A stretch of 63,899 nucleotides of DNA, the filler included. It is 13 parts of 13 records of this genome, joined end to end, with 100 filler letters (N's around TTAATTAATTAA, not from the genome) between each part and the next. Parts side by side here need not be neighbours in the genome. Positions count along the whole stretch, not along the records: positions 8,394 to 12,068 come from SRR15195285_1603; positions 12,169 to 15,738 come from SRR15195285_1604; positions 15,839 to 21,682 come from SRR15195285_1614; 10 more parts are not named here. One strand, given 5' to 3'. The notes beneath the pieces were generated by a model that was given only the letters and a program-made list of their open reading frames with translations, had not been told where the DNA came from and searched no databases. This document shows positions 9,287-18,800 of the stretch, one piece after another. A program made the position numbers and the translations under genes. Numbering within the stretch: position 1 is the first letter of the stretch; each line of letters starts with the position of its first letter.

Positions 9287-12004
9287 CTAATCCACCTTCC
9301 ATTCTGCAAGACCATGATACGAACTGCTGCCTTCCTTGTAGACGCCGACCCTCCCGGAGCGAGCCTGTACGGTCACGGAATGCACGTAACCTCCCCGCTC
9401 ACGCTCAGCTCGAAGTGCATCGGCATCAGTTGTGCCAAACCGCGGCATAGATTCATCATTCCACTGCAGCCGCAGAGCTGACGGCGTGTCCTCCGCGAGA
9501 AAGATGCGGAATTCGACACGCTGACCCCTCCGCAGTACACCGGTGGACGGCGCCAGAACCTCGTCGCTGTCATTCATAGTGGCGAAGGTGGTAGGTGTCC
9601 ACGTGGTGTCCCTCATTCTCATCCAGTTGGCCTTGCTCACAGGTCGCTCAAGCATCTGGTCGCCAGGATCCTCCGGCAGATGGCGTTCGACGAAGTGCCG
9701 CGGTGCTGTGCACCACCATTCCTTCGCGAAGCGTCGTGTGAAGCCTCTGGAGCTCGCCCTAGCCAGCGTGTCGGTGGAGGTCTGCCGACTCAGCGTGGCA
9801 CCGGAACCTCCCGATGTGCAGCTGCCTGCAGCCCAGCACACGTCGCAGAGATGCCAACTCTTGCTGCCATCGAAGCTCAGGGCATTCCAGCCGTGGCTGT
9901 CGGGCTCGCGATCATCCTCGCCACCTCGGGCATCTCCACCGATGTACTTGCAGGGCACGCCGACCGCGTCGCACAATGCGCACATAAGCGTCGAGTAACC
10001 GGCACAGACTGCAAGCCCAGTTCGCATCACAGTCTCCGCTGTCTGAGAATCTCCGCGGGGTAGTCCAGTCGAATCCTCCTGACGTAGCCTCTCGACATCA
10101 TAGGCGATGTTGCTGGCGATCCAGCGAAACATCACCCGAGCTACCTTTTCTGCGTCACCTCTGAAGGGCTCAGCTAAATGCTCAGCAAGCTGTTGCACAG
10201 AACGCCAGTGCCTGCCTCCCTTTGCTTGCTGTGCTCTCGAGTCACAGTCATGGTAGTCGCTTGAGCACGGGCTCCGGCTTGGCTGCAGGACAGCGGGAAT
10301 GCACAGGCCCTTGGCAGTCACAACCTCTGTCGTGCCATTCGGAAAGGTCGTCTGCTTCTCTCCGCTAGGCAGCACTGTCTCTTTGCGACCGCCCAAGCGT
10401 GTGGGATACGTCACATCGACGTTGCCGTTTGACCACAGGATCTTGACTCTACCGTCTGGGAACGTGGTCTCTTCATTGGCCGTGTACCATCCATCCTTCC
10501 TGACCGTACCATCATCAGCGAAAACAGTCACTTCCGTGCCGTCCGGGAAGGTTGTGTGCGTTGTCCCATCGACCTGCACCGTCACTTTCTTGCCGTCTGG
10601 ATACTTGATCTGCCTCTGTCCATCATCAAAGACAGTCTCTTCCGTGCCGTCACGGTGGGTGATCTGCCTCTGCCCAGAAGGGAAGATGACTTCCCTGCGT
10701 CCGTCTTGGTATTCACGCACCGTCTGTCCGCCCCTCTGTTGGGACCTCTTCACAACAACATCGCTATGCGCTGCCCCCCCTCTCAGGCTGCGACCGTCTG
10801 CGACTGGTTGCTCCACCTTCGCTTTCAGCTTATAGCTCTGCCACTGCGAATCGTCGGTACGCACTGCACAGCAATTTTTGAAATAGCACATGAGCTCCCC
10901 TTGCTGGCCCGGCTGGCCTCGGTAGGTGAAACCGAGGCAGTTTGGTAGAGCCGAGCACCGCACAAAGGCCTCGGACAGCGTGTACAGGCCGCTTTCTAAG
11001 TCATTGCCAGCGAGCCCTCCGACTCTGTGGAAGACTTCACACAACTTGTAGCGTTGCTCCACCTCCGCTTGCTCAGCAGCGAGTCTCTCATGTTCTACCT
11101 TCTCCGTAGTGAGTGAAGCCTCTTCAGCCTCTTGTTCCGCAGGTTGCGCAGCCTCTGCTTGCTCAGCGGCAAGTGCTTGCGCTTGTGAATGTGCGGTGCC
11201 CAGCAGCGGCTCCGTCAGCTCGCCCGTCCCGACGCAGATAGCCAGCCACCTAGCGAACCAGCTTGGCGCATCAGTCGTTGGGCTACTACTAGCCTCGCCG
11301 CAGCTGCGTGCACCTCCTCGGTTCATATCTGGATCATCCGGCGCTTTCGGTTCCTCGTCCTCGGCGACCGTTCCGAGACCACCGCACTGCCCCCGGCTGC
11401 ATAATGTGGTGCGCCTGCCGCACAGTGGCCGATCTGCGGCCTTTGCTACGACGCGGAATCCGTCCGGGATGGTTTTGGAGTAATGGAAGTTCGGGTGTGA
11501 GCCGGCGCACGTGCCGTCCGGCGGGAGCAGCTCAAAGACCGCGTGCTCTGCGTCGCACTTCTTGCAGAAGCGGGCGTTGGCCACGTCACTCATTGCGATG
11601 ACCTTCAGCTCTGGCTCGTCATCGGATGTGAAAGGGTCCGACGCGCCGCTAAGGTTGAGCATGTCGACGACCGCCAGCTCCTTGTAGCTACGCCACTCGC
11701 CGTTTGAGCGGCCGCCGGTCGCGCTGAAGTCGACACGCACCCTGAGGCCCTCTCGCTTGAGCACGGTCCCTTGCGTGCCGGGCTCTTCGATGAGCTCCAC
11801 CACCAAGCCCACGGAGAAGTCCGACGGTTGGTGCGACTCGACCGGCACCTCCATGATCTTCGTGGCAAGAGCGCCAGGCTGCTCGCCGTGCTGCGCCCAA
11901 TGCGCGGCACACCACCGACCAGCTCGCTTCTTAGCCTCATTCTCATGGTGAGCAACACAGCGCTTCTTGGTTCGTTGCTCGGCGGCTTTTTTCGCGGCGA
12001 GCAC
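9287..12004 (-). CDS. Transglutaminase-like (KY/CYK3/hillarin-type) protein with SH3-like, PAN-like and TCP10/CENPJ-C-like repeat domains; probably 5'-partial
   Basis: FRWIASNIAYD, AVCAGYS (Cys), SHGWNA (His), WHLCDVCWAAG (Asp), and FVERHLPEDPGDQML. Gly-turn repeats EYQDGRREVIFPSGQRQITHRDG...TTFPNG lie at about 10315-10725. Confidence 0.85.
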   Translation of the reverse strand: MLAAKKAAEQRTKKRCVAHHENEAKKRAGRWCAAHWAQHGEQPGALATKIMEVPVESHQPSDFSVGLVVELIEEPGTQGTVLKREGLRVRVDFSATGGRSNGEWRSYKELAVVDMLNLSGASDPFTSDDEPELKVIAMSDVANARFCKKCDAEHAVFELLPPDGTCAGSHPNFHYSKTIPDGFRVVAKAADRPLCGRRTTLCSRGQCGGLGTVAEDEEPKAPDDPDMNRGGARSCGEASSSPTTDAPSWFARWLAICVGTGELTEPLLGTAHSQAQALAAEQAEAAQPAEQEAEEASLTTEKVEHERLAAEQAEVEQRYKLCEVFHRVGGLAGNDLESGLYTLSEAFVRCSALPNCLGFTYRGQPGQQGELMCYFKNCCAVRTDDSQWQSYKLKAKVEQPVADGRSLRGGAAHSDVVVKRSQQRGGQTVREYQDGRREVIFPSGQRQITHRDGTEETVFDDGQRQIKYPDGKKVTVQVDGTTHTTFPDGTEVTVFADDGTVRKDGWYTANEETTFPDGRVKILWSNGNVDVTYPTRLGGRKETVLPSGEKQTTFPNGTTEVVTAKGLCIPAVLQPSRSPCSSDYHDCDSRAQQAKGGRHWRSVQQLAEHLAEPFRGDAEKVARVMFRWIASNIAYDVERLRQEDSTGLPRGDSQTAETVMRTGLAVCAGYSTLMCALCDAVGVPCKYIGGDARGGEDDREPDSHGWNALSFDGSKSWHLCDVCWAAGSCTSGGSGATLSRQTSTDTLARASSRGFTRRFAKEWWCTAPRHFVERHLPEDPGDQMLERPVSKANWMRMRDTTWTPTTFATMNDSDEVLAPSTGVLRRGQRVEFRIFLAEDTPSALRLQWNDESMPRFGTTDADALRAERERGGYVHSVTVQARSGRVGVYKEGSSSYHGLAEWKVD

Positions 12005-12701
12005 AGGCGTCCCTGCTGACCCTCGGAGTCACTGAGCCGAGTCACCGTGTCGCACCGGTGGCCAAAGANNNNNNNNNNNNNNNNNNNNNNNNNNNNNNNN
12101 NNNNNNNNNNNNTTAATTAATTAANNNNNNNNNNNNNNNNNNNNNNNNNNNNNNNNNNNNNNNNNNNNCCGGGTTTAAGAAGGAGGAATGGTTAGTCTAA
12201 GTGGTTCGTTTCGGGCTGGCTATACGCAAGTCGGCCAAACAGGCCCTTCAGGCTGGGCATTGACCGCGTTCCCCGAGCTTCGGGCGGTTGTCGATTGTGT
12301 TCTAGTGCGTAACCATACTGGGAGTGTATTTGGTGCAGGCTCCGATCTGCGCATGTGCCATGCACCGCCCGGCCCTTGGCCAGCCGCTCGATCATGTTGT
12401 TCTCTCTACAAGAGGGCCTGCCTCCTGGCGTGCGGCTCACTCAAGGCTCTCCTTCGCCCCCCGCTGACGCGGCTATCCACTTCGTCAATGGGCATCGCAT
12501 TGGCATCCGTTTCCCTGACGACCTGTACGTGCGGCTGCATTTAGGATGGTTATGTGAAGGCAGTCTCGTAGTTTTATACTATAAAAGCACAGAAATATGA
12601 TGTAAAAGCGTAGGTTTATGGTATACAGATATAAAGATATGAAGACTGTACAGCTGTAGTTTAGTTTTACACTACAAAGAATGTGATAACTAAGCAGATG
12701 C

Positions 12702-15304
12702 TCAAAGCGACCGAGCATCAACTGAGCTCAACTGAGCTTCATGCCAACAAGCGGCGTGGTTGATTAATGGTTGGAAGGCAGTTCCTGCGCCCAGTCTTGC
12801 CATCGTGGCTATGCGATCCTGCCTCTCAAGCAACGCCGCACGACTCGCTGCCAAACCAATTGCAGCCGCATCGGCCACGAGAGCCGGGATGATGCTCGCC
12901 TTGACCGGCTCGTCGTGTGAGAGGCCGGGGCCAACCTGCACCTCTGTCAACCACGGCTGTAGCTCATCATCCACGACGAAGTCGGCGCCAAAGAGCTGGA
13001 ACGTGCCTCGTGTCTCGCCCACGCGGTCGGTGAGCTCACGCACCGTTGCGTTCACAGTCCGTATCAAAATCTGACGAATCGTGTGCTGCAGACGCTCCCA
13101 ACTGTCTGAACCATAGCCACGCTGGATCAAGTCGGCTCGAAGCTGCTCGTGCGTCCATTTTAGTCCAAGACTAGCGCCATGGTTTGCCCGTTGCGTCGCA
13201 TTCAGTGCTACCGATTGTAGCTGCCGCCGAGTGTTAGTAATGTGAATTAGGTCGTTGTCGTACTCATCGCGGCGGTAGGCCTGTATATTCAGCCGCACAG
13301 TGCCCGGATGATAGAGCACCACCAGTGGTTCTAGCGAAGCGACCAGCCAATACGTCCGCAGCTCCGACTTTCTGCCATCAAGTAGCAGCGGCTTGTCGAT
13401 GTAGCGTTGTACAATGTATTCTGACGCGAGACCTTGCTCTATCAAGCGTTCTCTCTCGCCACTCTGAGCTGCCCAACGCGCTGGGTCGGGCAGAATTTGT
13501 GCACCTTCGCCGTTTGAGAGGTCAGTGCGCTTCAGAATCCATGGGCCACATGTACCGTGCCCCCCGCCACTGTTGCTGTTGGTGCGTGCACAGGCGGCAG
13601 TCTCGTTGCGAAACGCGACCCAGGCTGCCTCGTCTGCCACTCGGTAAGTAGTTGGCAGAAACGACTTAGACAGGCCCAGTGGGTCGGTGACCCCACGCTC
13701 CTGGTCGTACCGCTGGATATTCTTCGCAAGTTGGGCCTTGTCAACCAATGGGAGATCCCACGGCAGCATGTTCAGTGCTTGCTGCGGAAGGCGAGGCTCG
13801 TAGGCTCCAAGGTAACAGCGGTTGATCAGCCAGAGCACGTCTGCAACCTCCGGTGCATCGGCGATTGACCAACCAGCCGCTGCCAAAATCATTCGTGCAT
13901 TGCGACCCTGAACGTAGAGCAGTGGTCCAGTCTCCGGCTCTTGCTCCTGCCGCAGGGACCGGGGCGCGGAGTTTGTCGCTGTGGAGAGTTTGATGGCGTA
14001 GAGTGTGAGTTCGGCGTCTGGTGCCATATTTAAGTAGCAGCCTACTGGCTTGAAATGCTTGTGCGGCATGTTAAATCCACCACATGGTGGGTCGGTCATA
14101 TTCAGGCACTGCTGCTTGCACGTCGCCACGTCATCCTGCGTTGCATGGGACCACGAACCGAACCATCACGCAACTTTGAGCCGTGCAATAGTATGTACAG
14201 AGGGAACAGGCCTAGCTACAATGTCTGGAAGGTTCGCACCGAGCTGCATTCGCCCATGGAATCTTGGCCGGAGAAACAATCCTTCCCATGCTCTGCTACC
14301 CACGACGTATTAGTGGGTGCAGGTGGAGTTGGGCCCGCTGGGCAGGCGCAGCCAGGTGGGACTGGGGCGCTACAATTCGGGCAAGCCGTGCCACCTGGGC
14401 AGCGCTCGATGGGCACGGAGTGGGGATCACAATGGATGACTGGGGCTGGCGGCGGCGGTGCTGGCGGTGCTGGCGGTGTTGGGGACGGGCTGCTGTCACA
14501 GTAGGCCTTGAAATTCGCCTCCGTACAGTGCTCGGCCTTCAAAACGACCGAATGCTCACCAGCACACAGCAGACAGTCCCCGGCACCCTTCGTCTTTGCC
14601 TTTGCACAGACGAAATTTAGCGCCTTCTGGCATGACGCCGGGATCCCGGGAGTCGGAGCTGGGCTGGGCCCAGGTGGCGACGGCGGCGGGTGTGGAGCCG
14701 GGGGGGAGGGACTGGGTGGCGCCCGGCCGCAGATCGTTGGTTTGGCAGCGCAGCCCCCATTCTTGGTCTTCAGCTGGGCTTCGCCAGGATGAGAGATGCC
14801 CTCCGTGACGGCCACCTTCCGCCCTTTCTTGAACGCGCAGCAGGGATCGCCAAGCTCAAGGCCGTTGTACTGCCCGTCGCGGTCAGAGTCTTTGCAACAG
14901 TATTTGATGCTCCACTCTGGACCCTGATGGTGGTGGTGATCGTCATCGTCGTCGTCCACTTGGTTTTCCCACACACGCTCGACGTCGTCGGCGTGGCAGC
15001 TCTGGAACTGCGTCACTGCGCGCCGCACTTTCACAGGCGCCACCTGCAGATCCTTGGCGAAGGAGAACAGATCGCCACCAGTGGACCAAGATGCATACCA
15101 TGTGTCGCCGCCACCGTAGTCATGGCCGAACTGGTTGAGGTGCGCACCGCCCCGATCGTCACTGTGTCCGATCGCACCATCTGAGCTCTGACCTGGCAGC
15201 GAGTTGAAATATGGGTTGTGGCCGTTCGGGAGCTGGTCCAGGTACTGCGGATGGGCTCCCACGCCAGGGAGAAGCAGTGCCACCGCCCCCAACGTCCACC
15301 ACAT
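12702..15304 (-). CDS. Signal peptide-temptin-like-6Cys module-PAN-like-TTL/TTLL ATP-grasp ligase fusion; join(15304..14240,14135..12702), about 832 aa
   Basis: Signal MWWTLGAVALLLPGVGA; temptin motifs HPQYLDQLPNG, GH...GG..LNQFG.DY and CCKDSDRDGQYNGLELGDPCC...SHPG. A phase-0 intron 14239-14136 (GTGCGA...CGCAG) rebuilds one PAN-like domain. TTL motifs: WILKR...NGEG, IVQRYIDKPLLLDGRKSELRTY, HITN, FQLFGADFVVDDELQPWLTEVQ.GP. Confidence 0.8.
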
Positions 15305-15838
15305 CGCAACCGTGGCACCGTTGTCCAACACGGCCTCAGCCAAGGGAAGGTGTCACGCTCCACATCGCAGCGCTTGGAGTGTCGCCCTGACAGCTGCTGC
15401 TGACGCATTCGGGTCCCTCGCCGGCACTTCCGCGGCAGCGTTCCGCGCACAGGGAGAAGGTTTTCATTTCCCGCGCGCGCGACGATCCCATCATGCAACG
15501 GACGTCGCGGGGCCCGAAATTTCCAACGCGGGCATGAAGATGTGATTCTTACTAGCTAGTAGGTCGGGGTGCATGCATTTTTGCATGCAGACATACTACT
15601 ATTCGAATATACTTTTAGAATACCGCGCGGTACGGTACCGGTACTATCAATCGGATCCCAGACTGTTACGTTCACCCCGACGCCACTTGCGCCCCCGCGG
15701 CCGGCCGGCGGGCGATTTTTTCAGTCAGGCACCCGGGANNNNNNNNNNNNNNNNNNNNNNNNNNNNNNNNNNNNNNNNNNNNTTAATTAATTAANNNNNN
15801 NNNNNNNNNNNNNNNNNNNNNNNNNNNNNNNNNNNNNN

Positions 15839-18800
15839 CCATCAAGTTTCCCCTTCACACGAGCAGTTGATTGCATGGCCATCTTTCTCACAAGCAACAG
15901 GACGAATACCATCAAGCCGCCAACGACAAACAACAGGAGCAGAACTGAACTTGCTGGAAGCGCCGCAGTACCGTCTGCGCCTGCGCCCGTCTCGTTGAGC
16001 AGCTCAGCTGTGATCAGTAAAACCAAAAGTGCGTGCGCCAGCGCGTACATCTTCGACTCCGCGTCTCGCCGAAACGGCCTTACCAGCTCCATCAAGCAGG
16101 CAATCAATAGCATGCAGATCAGAAGCGCAAATCTCCACCTGTATGGCTCTGCCGCTCCCTGACCTCCAAGATACACAACGTTGATGAGAAATTTCTTTGC
16201 GAACTCAACGCAGAACCACCAATACGGACCATCAACCTCGCGCGTTACGAACTCTTCCATCTCCTTCTCCTTGGCCTTCTCCTCCTCAGTTTTCTTGGTG
16301 TAGAGTTGCTGCCGCCTTGTGTAGTCCACCACATACACGTGCGCGTAGAGTGCAGCGTACGGGTCTGTCAGCACGACTTTTGGATCCCACAGGTTCGTGC
16401 GCTGTCGACGAAGATACCACAAGTAAAAGCACGGCAGACCAATCCCAAAAAAGCTCAGCACAAGCAATGCTGCCACGATCGCAGCATAGTGAATTCCAGT
16501 CCAGCACACAGCTCCCAGATCGACGTCTAGTCGCTGTTCTTCAGCGAATTCACGCAATGGTCGGCAACCGAACATGGCCAGAGACCATCGTGTCATCGGT
16601 GCATAGAGGCATATTGACAGCAAGACGAATGAACGTTTCAGCTCGTAGCGATGCAACCGCACCTTCTGGTGGTTCCAGTGCCGCAAGGTTTGGTCAAAAA
16701 ACCGCCCCTGGGACATTCTGTAGACGAGATCAACCACAGTGTACTGCCAACCATTGTGAACAGCTCGATTCCACGCCCAGTAGCCGAAGAGAATTCCGAT
16801 CACGTAGCATACTGGCAGGGCCGAAACCTCTGCGAAAAAGCGTGAATAAACTGACATCGATGCAAAACAACGCGTACGATCAGTATCCAGGTTGAGGTTG
16901 GAGAGGTTCGCAATTGAGGTCAGGATGCCGTAGTCCTGCGAGATCAGTGAGAATGTCTGCAAGAAGAAGACCGCAACCTGTACTGTGTTTTGTGAGCTTG
17001 ATTTGGACTGAAGCACAATGATCACGCCTGAGATGAGGTAAACCATCACTAGGAAAAACGCCGAGCCGACATTGGTGTCTGGACATGGGACACATATCCC
17101 TGTCGATAGCTTGGAGTAACCTTCATCACAGGTTGCACACAGTGGCCCGCTATGTCCAACTGTGCAGCAACCTGAATTGCGATCGCAGACCCCACGGTCC
17201 TCGTCAGTCGCGCCCTCGCATGTACCTACTGCACATGTCATGAGCTGTGGCTCCAGCGCATCAAGTGTTGTATTGTCCAGCCAGTAGCCTTTCCGAGGAA
17301 GAATCTCAGCTTTCGTCACTGGTCCGCCGTGGCAAACGCCACGTGGTGGACAGAGCATGCAGTTTCGATCTTCAACGTACGAGAAGAAGTTCTGCCTGCA
17401 TATGCAGCCAGTACGCTGCTGATTTACTGTCTCCCCTGCCGTTCCACAGGCGATGCACTGGTAACCATTAACAGAATATGTTCCGTCTGCACATAGTGAA
17501 CATCCAGTGGCACCAGTCGGGGCATTGGGTTGGAAGCCAGGGGCACACGTTCCGCATCGTCCATCCTCAGTCAGAGAATCTGGATTGTCCATGTATTTGC
17601 CGTACGGGCAAGCTGCACACTCGCTGACGTCCGCTGTGGGTGCATAACCAGGTTCACAGAGATTGCAGTAGCCGTTCTCTCCCGCCCAGCCCGGCAAGCA
17701 CGGGACGCAAATGGTGCGTTCATTGTTCGGCTGCTTTCCTGTTGGGCACGTGATACAGATGCCATCGGAAGATACTCCGTTTGGAGGACACATCTCACAA
17801 GCAGTACGGGCGGGATTGGGCTGCTGTCCAGCACCACATGGGTTACATGTCCCACCGACCCCCGCAGCGTTGGGGGCACACGGCTGGCACTCAGTCTGAA
17901 TCTCGTTTGGTTCATGTCCACTCGGACACGCCGTACACTTCGGATCCTTGAGGCCGTCAACGTAACATCCCATCCATTCGGCTCCGTAGTCGGTCGCGGG
18001 GCCTCCGCTAGGGCGTAAGTCAAAGACCGCATTTCGCCACGCACATGCGAATAGCTCCGGTGGGTCCTCTGAGCGGATGCCAAATGGTGGAAACATCGAT
18101 GCTGCTGGAGTGCCAAGCAACTCGGACATACCTGCGCGTTCTGCATTTGTTAGATCGTTCCGAAGCTGCCCGCGCGCGCAGTCGTGCAGGCCGTCGCCGT
18201 CCACGTCGCAAACACCACGCCCGTCTGAAGTGTCAGCGGTTGCCAAGCCAAAGTCACCGACATGATTGTCACAGTAGCACAGATTGGTCCACTGTAGACC
18301 CATATAGTCATAGTTGAGAGAACTGCAGAATTCTGCGCATTCAGCTGTCGCAGTGTCCATGGTAAGGTCCATTCCATCGCCGCCCATTCCAGTCTCTCCC
18401 AGTGCTTTGACGTGTCCTTGAAAGTCCCGCGCGGCGAGCACGGCCTGATTGGCCGGGCAGGCTTGACAGAAGGACCGATCATGGCTTGACTCCGTCCCAA
18501 TTTCACAAGGCAAACATTCTCTGCCGTCTGGGCTATGGTAACTGTCCGGGCATACGACGCATTCCTGCGCCCGAAAACGTCCAACCGGTTCGAAACCGAG
18601 CTGGCATGGTACGCACTCACGGCCAAGTGCCGAATGAGTGCCTGCTGGGCACGGCACGCATGCAGTTTGTCCATCGTTGGGCTCAAATCCAGCGGGGCAA
18701 GGAGTACAAAAACGGCCTGGCTGGCTTTGCTCGCCGAACGGACATTTGATGCATACGATGGCGGCAGCATACGCATTCGGCTGCTGCCCCGCAAGGCACT

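Noticed and set aside
12188-12600. Short plus-strand ORFs that may be 3' exons of a gene
   Set aside because: No recognisable motif and no unambiguous splice model.
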